From a virus, in IMG/VR virus record IMGVR_UViG_3300045988_051359: 64,000 nucleotides of DNA; one strand, 5' to 3'. Positions 1 to 11,046 of the stretch are shown one piece after another; position 1 is the stretch's first letter, and each line of letters starts with the position of its first letter. The notes beneath the pieces are model-generated. The model saw nothing but the letters and a program-made list of their open reading frames with translations. It ran no database searches and was not told the DNA's origin. Made by a program: the position numbers and the translations under genes.

Positions 1-684
1 CTACCAGTCATAGATGCATCCTATTATCCTGTTCTTCTTAACGAATCCATACAATTGGTCAATGGCTTCCTCATATGTTATGCCTGGAAAGAATGGACCG
101 TATGAGTTTTGATCTTTCTCAAAGTTCTCAGGGCAGGTAAAGTCCATATAACGAATCTTAGAATATCGTTCAAAGTATTCATAACTATCTAAATAGGGAG
201 GAAGACTTACATAGCCATCAGTAGGCAATAAGTCATATGTGTCCAGAACTTCTAGTGCTTGCTCCTTAGTAATAATTCCTGCATCAGCCTCCTCAAATAG
301 CTTATCAGCTATCTCTCCTTTAAGCTGTCCTACTTCTGCTAGCTTACGGGTTAATAAACTTAGCTTACTAGATACTTCTTCCGTCATATATAAGTGGATA
401 TTTGTTAAACTCCTCATCAGTACCTTCAAATGGAGTGATATTATAGTTATAATATTCATCCCAATCTATGCTATTCAGTACTTTAAGGACATCTTCGTCT
501 GTCATATACTCGTAATCATATCCTTCTGCTGTTACTATAAATTCCTCGTCAACTATGCTAATAGCTAATTCGTAAGCATAATCATCAGCAGCTTTAGACA
601 TATTATCATCATGCATAGAAGGTGCATAAGCGACCACAAATTCATTCTTGCAGTCGTTTATGCACTCAATTAAATACCTATTCA

Positions 685-2073
685 TTATTGGTCTGCTTCT
701 ATATCAATTTCTCCTTTATCTAATGATTTAGATTCCTCTCCCAAGAATCTAAAGCATTTAAGCTTGTAAGCTTCAGATAAACCATTCTCAATGCGAATTA
801 CTATACCTTCATGTGGTACATCATTGTGGCATGTAGGTGAAAGTTCTTCCATGTGGAACCTTTTATCATTAGCTAACTTTTGGATAAAATTCTCATTCCA
901 ATGCTCAGTCTCATCAAGCTCTGGATATAACTTCTTAGCATACCCGTAATATAACTGTTCTACCGGAATAAGTCCTTTATCTTTACACCACTGTTGTACT
1001 TGTCTAGCAGAGAATTCAAATACCACACCATCTGGATTTGTATAAGTAATACGGTAAATTTGAATACCGAAATTCTTACCATATTCATATGGTGTAGTTT
1101 GAGTAGTAGGATCCCATACAGGCCTCTCATAACCATAGTCATAAGCTTTACCATTCATTGCTTGAATAGCCTGACCTGTAGGCAACCATCCTATGATTTC
1201 ATAATAAAGAGTAAGTCCTTTAGTAAGATACGGAGACAATTTAGAATGAGCTTCACCCCAAATATCGCAACCATAATATCCTGCACTTGCTTCTTTATTG
1301 TAATACTGATTTTTAACTACCTTTCTAGAAGACCATAAGTAGTCATACTTAGTGTCTGGAACATCTGTGAACCAGCTAGCCACCTTGTCTTTCCATCTTA
1401 ATGGTCTTTTACATAGTACATCAGCAGAAATGCCTGATGTTCCATGTACTTTGGAAGTAATACTAATAATATCATTAGGTTTAATAACCCAAGGACATTT
1501 CTTAATGAGAACAGTATCATAGTGAAATCTAAATTGATTCTCTACTAATTTACTAATGCCTTTAGGCTGCTTAGCTTGCCTAGAAGAATTTCCAGAAGTT
1601 TTAGGAGGATTCACTACATACTTCTTACAAAGTATATGTTTATCCAAACTATCAAATTCTGTTCCTTCTTTTAAGTTAGTAACTACTTCATGAGATTCTC
1701 CTATAAAATCCAGCCATTTATATAACGAATCTATAGGCATTATAAATCCCTCTGAAGGAACTCCCTGCAACTTAATAGGCTTTACCCTACCATTATCCTC
1801 AAAGAAACCTGGAGAAGCTTCCTTATTAGCATTGAATTCATTGTGTCTAAATAAGTTATTAGCTGCCAAATATTTATTAGCAATCTGACATCCTATAGGG
1901 AAATATATATATTGCCCTGGTTGAGTATCCTTAGATACGGATATCATATAACCATCTACATGAACACATTTCATCCTTTCGCATTTAGGATTAGGGTGTG
2001 GTGTGAAATCTTTTACTTGAATTATCTTAGCTGCATAATTAACATTAAACTTAGAAGATTGATTTATACGCAT
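685..2073 (-). CDS. ATP-dependent RNA ligase family protein (Rnl2-like nucleotidyltransferase) with ~220 aa N-terminal extension
   Basis: Motif I 'SKVHGTSG' matches T4 Rnl2 'KIHGTN'. C-terminal 'EGIVIRIENG' (motif IV-like) and 'AYKLKCFRF' (motif V-like). 462 aa ORF. Confidence 0.55.
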   Translation of the reverse strand: MRINQSSKFNVNYAAKIIQVKDFTPHPNPKCERMKCVHVDGYMISVSKDTQPGQYIYFPIGCQIANKYLAANNLFRHNEFNANKEASPGFFEDNGRVKPIKLQGVPSEGFIMPIDSLYKWLDFIGESHEVVTNLKEGTEFDSLDKHILCKKYVVNPPKTSGNSSRQAKQPKGISKLVENQFRFHYDTVLIKKCPWVIKPNDIISITSKVHGTSGISADVLCKRPLRWKDKVASWFTDVPDTKYDYLWSSRKVVKNQYYNKEASAGYYGCDIWGEAHSKLSPYLTKGLTLYYEIIGWLPTGQAIQAMNGKAYDYGYERPVWDPTTQTTPYEYGKNFGIQIYRITYTNPDGVVFEFSARQVQQWCKDKGLIPVEQLYYGYAKKLYPELDETEHWNENFIQKLANDKRFHMEELSPTCHNDVPHEGIVIRIENGLSEAYKLKCFRFLGEESKSLDKGEIDIEADQ

Positions 2074-3055
2074 GTATTACGGATAATTTCCGTCTGTAAA
2101 TAGATAATCTATACAAGTGTCCAATCAGTACACTCTACAGCATCAGGGAACCATTTAGTTACCTTATAATACTGATTAGAGCTAGGCTTTGGATAACATA
2201 CTATACTACCCTTAAGCATAGTATACCTTCTACCAGAAGGATTAGTAACTATCTCGCCTATACGCATCATAGATAATGCTTCTCCAAAGTCAAATACTTG
2301 TTTCTCCATAATCTTAAAAATTTATTTGGTTTTACAATTAGCTTCTAAATAATCATAGAGTTCGTCTATGTTCTTTAGAATCTCATTACCTTGCTCGTCT
2401 GTAGCAACTATATGTGGATCTTCTGATTTCTCATACACCCACCATTGAATCCAGTCCATACCTTCTTCATTATAGTACTCAGATAGAAGTAACATTGCTA
2501 AATCCTCAGCATTGGTTACTAGTGGACTTTCCATTATATCAATGCCCATATTGTAAAGCTTTCTCATTTGCTTTACAATATTAGTAAGAGAGTGAATTGC
2601 ATGTAGGAATGTAGTCTTTACCATACTATTTTATCGAAGTTATCGCTCATAGTTTGAATTGTAGCCGAATCATAGTGTTTTAATAAAGCAAGATAATAAT
2701 CAAATATAGATTGGTACAAATCATCCTTTTCAGCATCAGTAAGGGAATTCCCAGCAAGGGATACCATTAAATCAGCTATATTAGAGCTTAATAATACAGA
2801 TGTTTTATTTATCATCTAATGTTACAAATAAAGTAGCCAGTATGTCCAGTATCTTTTTATCACTCATATCATTGATGGTTAGTAATGTTTCTCGAATTGA
2901 GAACACATCATTATCTGGGCGATAATGAGTTCTCATAACTCTAATAACATCATCTACATCTCTGATTAAAGTATCTTCATCATAAGCTATATCGTCCCTG
3001 TATTTAAAGAACTGGATTTTAGGCTTACCTTCCCTTCTATATGCTACTATATAAT

Positions 3056-3364
3056 TCATTCTCGTGTAAGTTCAAATTCACGCATAAAGTTAGCAAATAC
3101 TTGTGCTAACGATTCATCTTGTTTGTTGTTATAGTAATAATTGAATGCATGAAACACTTCATGCCAGAAAGAATTCTTAATCTGTTCTTCAGTCAGATTA
3201 ATTACCTTTCCATCATCAGTCTTCATGCATTCTGCTACCTTTATTTCTAATGTTAAATTACAATGATAGCCAAAGGTATCGCCATCATCTATAAAATCAC
3301 ATAAAGTGACTTTATACCAATGATTGGCTATTCTAACCTTACTAGGGATGTCATATTTATTCAT
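3056..3364 (-). CDS. small HExxH-motif protein (possible minimal zinc metallopeptidase, ImmA/IrrE-like?)
   Basis: 'WHEVFHAF' contains HExxH; 102 aa. Confidence 0.3.
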   Translation of the reverse strand: MNKYDIPSKVRIANHWYKVTLCDFIDDGDTFGYHCNLTLEIKVAECMKTDDGKVINLTEEQIKNSFWHEVFHAFNYYYNNKQDESLAQVFANFMREFELTRE

Positions 3365-4559
3365 AATCCCTAATACATTTTAGAACTGGCTGTAGAGGAC
3401 AACCTTCATCACTAAGATAGAAATACTTCACAGTAGCCATCTTACCAATGATTTCATCCATTCTGTCAAGGTATTCCCATTTTAACTCACGGGGACCCAT
3501 AGGTTTGGCTTCAAACTCCTTGCCCTCTTTAGTTTTACATACAAATACCATGTCTTCGGGACGTAATCCTTCACTATAACCAACAATTTCAAATTCTGCG
3601 TCCTTATACATTTTGACTTTAATCATAGCATTAGTTCTTCCTCCAAAGTTATATACCTTAGAAGGATCACGAATAACTATTCCCTCAAAGCCTTCACCTA
3701 CATACTTGTCATGTAGTTTCTGTATATTAGCCCAGCCAACAACTGTCTCTTGAGGAACTATTTGGAACTTCAATTCTCTATCATCCCATTCTCTTTCTGG
3801 ATTGAAACCTAAATTCAATTCATCAGTAATGTCATGAAGAATATCTAGTCGTTCCTCAAATGTCTTGGTACTATCCATTACATCGTAAATATAATATTCA
3901 AGCCAATCCATTCCAGCTGTATCTTTCTCCAATCTTGCCGCACCACTGATCTGCTGTAGAGATTTACCATGTTTATATAGTTCACCGTCTAATACAATAT
4001 CAGGATGTTCTTCAAAGAATTGAATAAGTTTTGGATTATGACGCATGAAGGAGGTTGAAGCATCGTAATCACCACCTCCTCTAGAGGCAGTTCTTACTTC
4101 CCCATCCTTCCAATAGAAGGAGCATCTAACTCCATCTATCTTTCTGCTACCGTACCAGTATTTGATTTTATCAAACACACTAGTAGCAACTTTGTCAGCT
4201 TGTTTAGCTAACATATGCTTCTTAAATCCATTTGAATCAGTAACACCATTACCTAAGTGTTCCTCAACAAATGCCTCAACTGCTACAGCATTATTAATTT
4301 TAATTGAAGATGGTAGCAGTTTATACCCTTTATCTGTGTATTTCTTTAAATGAGAATTATACTCTAATCGTGCCTGTTCAGATACGGTTCTTTTAACCTT
4401 ACCTTTATAAATCCATATCTCTGGCTGTACAGTTACTTTACCACCATATTGATATGTCTTTCTTCTAATAACAAACCCATGTTGAGCATCATCCCATTCG
4501 TAACTAATCTCAACTACTCTAGTTTTACCCTTGTTGTCTTTAGTTACTAATATGTCCAT
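3357..4559 (-). CDS. ATP-dependent DNA ligase
   Basis: Motif I 'KIDGVR', motif III 'DGELY', motif IV 'EGIVIRD', motif V 'IKVK'. 400 aa. Confidence 0.8.
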   Translation of the reverse strand: MDILVTKDNKGKTRVVEISYEWDDAQHGFVIRRKTYQYGGKVTVQPEIWIYKGKVKRTVSEQARLEYNSHLKKYTDKGYKLLPSSIKINNAVAVEAFVEEHLGNGVTDSNGFKKHMLAKQADKVATSVFDKIKYWYGSRKIDGVRCSFYWKDGEVRTASRGGGDYDASTSFMRHNPKLIQFFEEHPDIVLDGELYKHGKSLQQISGAARLEKDTAGMDWLEYYIYDVMDSTKTFEERLDILHDITDELNLGFNPEREWDDRELKFQIVPQETVVGWANIQKLHDKYVGEGFEGIVIRDPSKVYNFGGRTNAMIKVKMYKDAEFEIVGYSEGLRPEDMVFVCKTKEGKEFEAKPMGPRELKWEYLDRMDEIIGKMATVKYFYLSDEGCPLQPVLKCIRDYE

Positions 4560-4811
4560 ATTAATTTACACTCTTATGCAATTAATCAAGATCGTCAATA
4601 GTTACAGATTCATTACAATCTTTAATGAGCGAGTTTATTAATTCAGCACGCTCTGTGGCTAACTTCTTGGCCATCTCCTCTGCTTCCTCTGCCTTCGCAC
4701 GATATTCAAATTGCATAGCATAGGCTTTCTGGATTTCTATGCCTAATTCCGTAATTTGCTTACTTCTAGTTATTACTTCTTCTGAGCTTAACATACAAAT
4801 TTAAACAATAA

Positions 4812-5342
4812 TTAATTAGTTCCAGTGTGTCCAAATCCACCTTTACGATCTGTCTCATTTAATCTAGCAACTTCTTCCCATTCAGCCTTAGCAGCCCAGC
4901 CGAAGACTAACTGTGCAATGCGTTCCTTGTCTTCAATCCATACTGCTTCATGACCTTGATTGATAAGAATGATATGTACTTCATCTCTGAAATCTGCATC
5001 TACAGTGCCAGGCGTGTTAAGTACAGTAATTCCTTTTTTCAGAGCTAGTCCACTCCTAGGTCTTACTTGACATTCTGCTACTAATCCATCTGTAGGCTCT
5101 GGAAGAGCAATTCTTAGTCCAGTTGGAATAAGTGCTCTAGCTCCTGGATCCAATCTTAGCATAGTTACTTTATTACCGTCCATTTTAGGTGATGCAAATA
5201 CGACCTCACAGTCACCAAAGGCTTTAATAGGATTATCAACTGTTACTCTACTAAAGTCTGCACGTACATCCATGCCTGCTGACATGGAAGTTTCATACTG
5301 AGGAAGTTTGTTGTTGGATAAATTAATTACTTGTACTTTCAT
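4812..5342 (-). CDS. dut: dUTP diphosphatase (dUTPase)
   Basis: 'SAGMDVRA', 'RPRSGLA', '[10 protein letters not shown]', 'RKGGFGHTG' match the five dUTPase motifs. 176 aa. Confidence 0.9.
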   Translation of the reverse strand: MKVQVINLSNNKLPQYETSMSAGMDVRADFSRVTVDNPIKAFGDCEVVFASPKMDGNKVTMLRLDPGARALIPTGLRIALPEPTDGLVAECQVRPRSGLALKKGITVLNTPGTVDADFRDEVHIILINQGHEAVWIEDKERIAQLVFGWAAKAEWEEVARLNETDRKGGFGHTGTN

Positions 5343-5844
5343 TGAGTGTAAACGAATAAATTGAATTCTTAGTTTTAAATATCTTTTTATTCCAATCTAT
5401 AGACATTATATTGGAAGTAGTGTACCACCTATCAGTATTATCAAGGACTAATGGTAGACCTTCTATAAAGGCAGGGGTTGTACCTGATTCTGTAAACCCT
5501 ACCTTTTGTCTAGCATTATTAATTCCCTCAATCTTAGTGATAACCATATATCCTTTCTTAGCATGTTCTAAAGAGTACTCTTTGAACCATTTGATAATAA
5601 CTTCAAATTTACATTCGTCAGCTTCGGTATAAAATGCCTTTACTAATAAATCATTATCATAGACTGCTAGGAATGGATTCTCTCTGGCACTGCAACTTCC
5701 TTTAATCTTGAATGCCTTCTTACGCTCCTTGTAATGGTTTATATCGAAGGTTTCTAAATTGAAGCAATACCCAGCCATTTCTGTTAATTGATCTCTCAAC
5801 TTAGTGGAAGACTGGCTATCATAAACATATTTAAACGTTAGCAT
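5323..5844 (-). CDS. hypothetical protein
   Basis: 173 aa minus-strand ORF in operon context. Confidence 0.5.
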   Translation of the reverse strand: MLTFKYVYDSQSSTKLRDQLTEMAGYCFNLETFDINHYKERKKAFKIKGSCSARENPFLAVYDNDLLVKAFYTEADECKFEVIIKWFKEYSLEHAKKGYMVITKIEGINNARQKVGFTESGTTPAFIEGLPLVLDNTDRWYTTSNIMSIDWNKKIFKTKNSIYSFTLNESTSN

Positions 5845-6254
5845 TCAACTATATAATATTTAGGAAATATAATTCCATCTATTTCTAGTTCTACTTCCTG
5901 AACAGTATCAAACACATCAAATATACTGTCATAGTAAGCATCAGCCATCTCTTTACATGTCACTACAGATGGTTGATTAGACTGACCCTCCATTGTTTGT
6001 TTAAGTGAGTCTCTATAGTTGTTAACTACTCTATTAGCATCGCCATCATCTAGAATAAGAATAACTTTACCGTTAATTCTGTATTCATAGATGCCATTCC
6101 ATATACTTTCTTCTTCGGAACATGTGTTTAGAAATGGTTCTAACTCTGCTTCAGTGGCAGTATTAAGTCCTAAATGATAGGCAGTCATATATAACTGCCC
6201 TGGATTTTCAAATCCCTTTGATCTTGCTAATTGAATAAAATCTGTGTAGTGCAT
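5838..6254 (-). CDS. hypothetical protein
   Basis: 138 aa ORF, start overlaps upstream gene stop. Confidence 0.5.
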   Translation of the reverse strand: MHYTDFIQLARSKGFENPGQLYMTAYHLGLNTATEAELEPFLNTCSEEESIWNGIYEYRINGKVILILDDGDANRVVNNYRDSLKQTMEGQSNQPSVVTCKEMADAYYDSIFDVFDTVQEVELEIDGIIFPKYYIVEC

Positions 6255-6259
6255 AGTAA

Positions 6260-7624
6260 TTAACTTAATATATAAGCATTAGTTTTGGTTCTTGATAAAG
6301 ATACATATTGAAGCTGTCTAAGCTCGTTAATGTCTCTATCCAACTTTAGATTACCCATGTCTACGAACACATTGTTATAGGAACTCCCTTGACTTCTGTG
6401 TGCAGTTATGGCATAACCATAGTCGAACGTCTGTGGCTTAATAACTCTATTATCAAATAACAGAGGAACTGGAGTAGCAAACGATTTTACCATATCGAAA
6501 TATATACCCCATAAATACTTAGATTTAGTCCTATTACTCCACTTTTTAGCTTGTATTGCATCAAGCCTTACAGATTCTATCTTCTGAGCAAGTGTATGTA
6601 AGTAGTCAGGATTTATATTATCTGGATCTATTATGAATACGTTCATTAATCTCTTATCAACGCTATCATATAGGCCCAGCTCGAACCCTGAAAGTCTCAT
6701 AAAATGAGGAATGTTTCTAGAGGTTCTGCGTATGTTAACAATAATGTAGTCAGAAGAATTAAAGAATATGTCGCCATCGTATTCAAAATTCTCACATCCA
6801 GTTAGAAATTCTGATTTATGATATGGCTCATTATCCGTAAATAATAATCTTCTGACACAATCATTAAAACCTTTTACGCGCTTATTAGTATATGCTATAA
6901 GTTTAGTATGGTTTACATTATTATGTGTCATACCATACTTAATTTCTGGCAAGGCATCTAGCATAAACTCTTTAGCATTATTATAACAAAAGAGAGAACC
7001 CTTCTCTCCGATTCGTGTTTCAAATCTAGCTATAGGATTCTCTCTTAATGTTAATAATATGGGTGCTAGGGCAGTGTCTTCATCTTGTCTGAATATCTTA
7101 GTAAGACGTATCACATTCTCATGTTCAAATACCTTACTAAGACCTCCATTATTCACGGGAGCTATTTGGGCAATATCTCCTATAAACAGAATCTTACACT
7201 GATAAAATTCACAATAGTCTACAAGTAAATCATAAAGTTCATCACTAACCATAGAGGCTTCATCTATGATAATTAATCCCTTATTAGGAATGTTACCCAT
7301 GCCTTCAGAATAAAACTTTAAATCCTTATAGTCTAAGTTAAATATATCTAGCTTGGGAGATAATGCTAATAGTTTATGTAATGTAGTAGCTGTATAGCCT
7401 GTAGCCATCTCTAGGACTGCTTTAGCCTTGTGAGTAGGAGCACACAACTTAAAGAATTCTGTTCCTTTGGTACTATCTAAATACTGTACGAACTCATTCA
7501 TGACTGCTGTTTTACCTACTCCAGCATATCCAGTAAGAACTAATATCCTTTCCGGACTATCTAAGAATTTAATCATCTTATCAATAGCATACAACTGCTC
7601 ATCTGACCAAGCTATCTTGTTCAT
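6260..7624 (-). CDS. SF1 DNA helicase, Dda/RecD-like
   Basis: Walker A 'GYAGVGKTAV', Walker B 'IIIDEASMV', motif 'ITAHRSQGSS' (TxHKSQG-like). Confidence 0.75.
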   Translation of the reverse strand: MNKIAWSDEQLYAIDKMIKFLDSPERILVLTGYAGVGKTAVMNEFVQYLDSTKGTEFFKLCAPTHKAKAVLEMATGYTATTLHKLLALSPKLDIFNLDYKDLKFYSEGMGNIPNKGLIIIDEASMVSDELYDLLVDYCEFYQCKILFIGDIAQIAPVNNGGLSKVFEHENVIRLTKIFRQDEDTALAPILLTLRENPIARFETRIGEKGSLFCYNNAKEFMLDALPEIKYGMTHNNVNHTKLIAYTNKRVKGFNDCVRRLLFTDNEPYHKSEFLTGCENFEYDGDIFFNSSDYIIVNIRRTSRNIPHFMRLSGFELGLYDSVDKRLMNVFIIDPDNINPDYLHTLAQKIESVRLDAIQAKKWSNRTKSKYLWGIYFDMVKSFATPVPLLFDNRVIKPQTFDYGYAITAHRSQGSSYNNVFVDMGNLKLDRDINELRQLQYVSLSRTKTNAYILS

Positions 7625-7626
7625 AA

Positions 7627-8202
7627 CTATTTATCCCAAAATTTGTAAGTTATGTTTGTTAACTTGTACTCTCCATCCTCAACTATAACCTTATAAAGCC
7701 TTTGGTTAGTGTTTGGATTATTAAGCGGTCCACATTCTTCAATGTAAGGTCCGAGCTTAACGTAATTAAAGTTCTTCAGTTCAATTTCCTCTGCCAAAGT
7801 AGCTCTACCACTATACCACCCAATCTTTATGTTAAGTGGTACTGTTTCTTGCCATTGCATTTCAGTTTCGGCTGGAATTGTTACCTTAGGAAACTTTACC
7901 TCTTTATGAATAGTAAAGGAATCTACTATCTTAGTAGTAGTTAATGTCCTTACTAAACCAGCATAGTGATTAATGAGTTTAGGGTCATTATCGCCACCCA
8001 TAAAACAGATAGCAGTAATACCTTTATTCTCATTAATGAGTTTCTCTATCCTAGTAATTGTTAGAGGTTCTCCAATATCCTCTGCCAAGTAAGAGCTATG
8101 ACAGCCCTTACAATGACATGGACAATTGGATATATTAATGGCAAGAGTGGTTTCATCAGGAATTTCCCTGAATACTATATCATATCCTACATATTTAAGC
8201 AT
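7627..8202 (-). CDS. nrdG: anaerobic ribonucleotide reductase activating protein (radical SAM)
   Basis: 'NCPCHCKGCHS' CxxxCxxC cluster, immediately downstream of nrdD. The ORF track extends to 8259 with a GTG start overlapping nrdD. The ATG at 8202 (giving 'MLKYVGYD...') is the more plausible start. Confidence 0.7.
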   Translation of the reverse strand: MLKYVGYDIVFREIPDETTLAINISNCPCHCKGCHSSYLAEDIGEPLTITRIEKLINENKGITAICFMGGDNDPKLINHYAGLVRTLTTTKIVDSFTIHKEVKFPKVTIPAETEMQWQETVPLNIKIGWYSGRATLAEEIELKNFNYVKLGPYIEECGPLNNPNTNQRLYKVIVEDGEYKLTNITYKFWDK

Positions 8203-10261
8203 GTGCGTAGAATCTTCTGCTAGCTTCTTCTTGTCTTGCTTGACTGAAGTTGCTAACACGTTTTAAATAACCGATAACTCTAGTAGCATAATCAATGTTC
8301 TTACTACCACACTTAGGACATTCTTTGAGATATCTCTTGTCAATATGTCCACAATCATTACAAATAGTATTTGGAATATTGAATGTGAAATAGTTAGTAC
8401 CATTGACAGCTGCAACCTTTAATAGGTTACGATACTGTTCCTTGCTAAGATGTTCATCTAAATTCATGTGGAGGGCGCTACCCCCATCGAGTGAGGCAAC
8501 ATAAGCCCTTCCATGCAGTTTAAACTTATCTAGTATAGTAAGAGACGTATCTTCAACTGCATAGAAGTAACTATTGTAGCAATCTCTTGGTACAAAGTAA
8601 CCTGCCTTTCTATCCCAGTTAGCATGTTTAACACCTAAATTTTCAGCAGGCACAAATTCAGTATTGAACATCAACTCCTTAGTCCTAGCCTTACGATTCT
8701 CATCGCTAATAGTCTTAAGGATAGATTGCATAAATTCTCTGTAAGTAGGATTGTCATTAACTGGAATTCCTAAGAACTCAGCAGCTTCGATAACTCCATT
8801 AACACCTACAGTTAAATACTGTTTCTTCATATGAATGAATCCAGCAGAATAGACAGTTAGTAAACCATCATTTAAATAGTCTTTGAGTAATTCATTATAT
8901 GCAGTTTGATATTTATGAACTTTCTGAACGTTTTCACGTAAATACTCAATCATATCGTATCCGTTATTAACTGCATCTTGAACTAATCTATTAATATTTA
9001 AAGTCATTACAGATTTACTACCAGTAGCAATACCACCAGCTCCAAGAGAATAACTAAATTGATTATCAGTTACTTCATTGCGAAGTCTACAACAACTTGA
9101 CAGACTATCTGCTGAATCAGACATATAAGTAAAGAATGAGTGTCCCTTACTATACATCTCTGCTGTAAAGTCTGCCCATTCTTTATCTACTACATCCTCT
9201 CCATCAGTAAGAAGTGCTACAGTTTCGACAGGGAATGTTAAGATGCACTTAGTGCGTTCATTATTAAACCAAGTCATAAACTTCTTCTGTAACCAGTTCA
9301 AAGAATCCCATATGGGCTTAGTTCCATCGGGGAATACAAACTCACCAAATAAACCTTCAAAGTAATTCTTATCAAAATAACTGATATTCCAGAATACTGA
9401 TTGGAAGTTACGAGCAGCTGCTGGTTGATTGATTGAATATACAATCTGTTGGAACTTCTGTTCAATAGTCTTATCAATATTTCTATGTTTATCAACCATC
9501 TCTTCTGGACGTTTCCAATAATCATCACCCCATTCTTTACGAGCGAAGTAATCGAAATACATTAGGAACTCACCAGTAGCTACTGCTCCAGCGAATTGCG
9601 AGCTGATAGCAAATACCAGATTAACAAACATACCGCAGAAGGAGTCCAGATTCTTAGGCTTGGCAGACAAACCTCCAATTGGCTGTAGCCCTTCAAGTAG
9701 GAACGGATACATAGTGATAGCCACGCAGTAGGGCATAATTGATGTTTCATCATGCTTGTAAAGTTCATGAGATTCCAGTTGTCTAATATACTCCTTAGCT
9801 AAATCTTCACCATATAACTGCCTAATTTTATCTGTAAGGATTGCTCTATTAACTTTAATTACATCACCCTTAAACAACTCTCCATTTAAAGTTACTATAT
9901 TCTTCTCAGTAACATTGGCATTAGCATCATATTTACTACCTGTAGCAGCATTAGATGCTTTGGCATAATCCTTAATAAACTGCTTCTTCCCAGCTAATGC
10001 TCTAAGTTCAGCTTGTTTATGTCGATACAAAATGAATGCTTTAGCAACATCATAGTAATCACAAGCCATCAAAGCCTTTTCAATTTGATCTTGAAGCTCT
10101 TCTACTGATACTATGTTGTTAATATACAATTCATCTTTAATATCATCCAAAATGTCGGAATCAATTGGTTCGTTAACAGCATTGAACGCCTTAGTAATAG
10201 CCGCGTCAATCTTATTAATGTCGAAAGGTTCTACTCTCTTGTTTCTTTTAATTACTAACAT
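8195..10261 (-). CDS. nrdD: anaerobic ribonucleoside-triphosphate reductase (class III)
   Basis: N-terminal ATP-cone ('VIKRNKRVEPFDINKI'), C-terminal Zn ribbon 'CNDCGH..CPKCGS', and glycyl-radical motif 'ATRVIGYL'. 688 aa. Confidence 0.85.
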   Translation of the reverse strand: MLVIKRNKRVEPFDINKIDAAITKAFNAVNEPIDSDILDDIKDELYINNIVSVEELQDQIEKALMACDYYDVAKAFILYRHKQAELRALAGKKQFIKDYAKASNAATGSKYDANANVTEKNIVTLNGELFKGDVIKVNRAILTDKIRQLYGEDLAKEYIRQLESHELYKHDETSIMPYCVAITMYPFLLEGLQPIGGLSAKPKNLDSFCGMFVNLVFAISSQFAGAVATGEFLMYFDYFARKEWGDDYWKRPEEMVDKHRNIDKTIEQKFQQIVYSINQPAAARNFQSVFWNISYFDKNYFEGLFGEFVFPDGTKPIWDSLNWLQKKFMTWFNNERTKCILTFPVETVALLTDGEDVVDKEWADFTAEMYSKGHSFFTYMSDSADSLSSCCRLRNEVTDNQFSYSLGAGGIATGSKSVMTLNINRLVQDAVNNGYDMIEYLRENVQKVHKYQTAYNELLKDYLNDGLLTVYSAGFIHMKKQYLTVGVNGVIEAAEFLGIPVNDNPTYREFMQSILKTISDENRKARTKELMFNTEFVPAENLGVKHANWDRKAGYFVPRDCYNSYFYAVEDTSLTILDKFKLHGRAYVASLDGGSALHMNLDEHLSKEQYRNLLKVAAVNGTNYFTFNIPNTICNDCGHIDKRYLKECPKCGSKNIDYATRVIGYLKRVSNFSQARQEEASRRFYAHA

Positions 10262-10266
10262 TCAAT

Positions 10267-11046
10267 TTAGAAGTTTAATATGTTTCTTAGTAATAGAGTC
10301 TTCTCTGCTCTATTCATCAAATCTTTGCCCTTGTCATTACTAATTAACTGAGTAAATGCATTATACACAGTAAACATATCCACTTCATTACCCTCTCCTA
10401 TATAATAGCTAGAATCAGGGTCCTCAAACATAGAACCATAAGCCTTAACAACAAGGTCTGTTCCTATCTTTACGTCTCCATACCCACCGTTATAGGTCAT
10501 AGATATAGCGTTTCTAACCCATCTACCTAGATTAGAGTCTATATTACTTGGAGTTCCTTCCCATGTAGTATTATGTAAGGTGTCCAACATCAATTTAATA
10601 TCACTGGTTTGTGATAAAAGGTGTTCGACAGCTTTATAATTGATGGGCTTCTCAGACTCTAAGTTCTGAACTTGTAAGAACTCTGGGTCAAAGACACACA
10701 AATTTGTGCATGCTCTATTAAGAGCACCTCTATAAATCTTAGCTACTGGTTTGCGTACATCTAATCCATATACCATACCAATAACTTCATCGTGATTATC
10801 TATTCTGCAATTCTCTGGCATTACAGCTTGAATAAGTACACGATTATAAGTGATATCATCTGCATTAACCTCTCCATCTGCTGTTCTAGTAACTTGCTTA
10901 GGAAGTTCTGCTTCTACTATAAAGTTACTAGTAAACTTATACATTCTTTCTAGGAAGGGTTCTACATAAGCAGCCGTAGGGAAGTAGTTACGCTTCCCTA
11001 TTCTGGTTGCTTTACCATTTAACAGTTGATCAATCGTCAGTTGCAT
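10267..11046 (-). CDS. hypothetical protein
   Basis: 259 aa ORF. Confidence 0.5.
   Translation of the reverse strand: MQLTIDQLLNGKATRIGKRNYFPTAAYVEPFLERMYKFTSNFIVEAELPKQVTRTADGEVNADDITYNRVLIQAVMPENCRIDNHDEVIGMVYGLDVRKPVAKIYRGALNRACTNLCVFDPEFLQVQNLESEKPINYKAVEHLLSQTSDIKLMLDTLHNTTWEGTPSNIDSNLGRWVRNAISMTYNGGYGDVKIGTDLVVKAYGSMFEDPDSSYYIGEGNEVDMFTVYNAFTQLISNDKGKDLMNRAEKTLLLRNILNF

Noticed and set aside
239-568. Plus-strand ORF 239..568 and other plus-strand ORFs in the track (e.g. 994..1338, 7702..7944, 10113..10343, 22208..22696, 29542..29868, 54687..55590)
   Set aside because: All are fully embedded in longer, motif-supported minus-strand genes and have low-complexity compositions.
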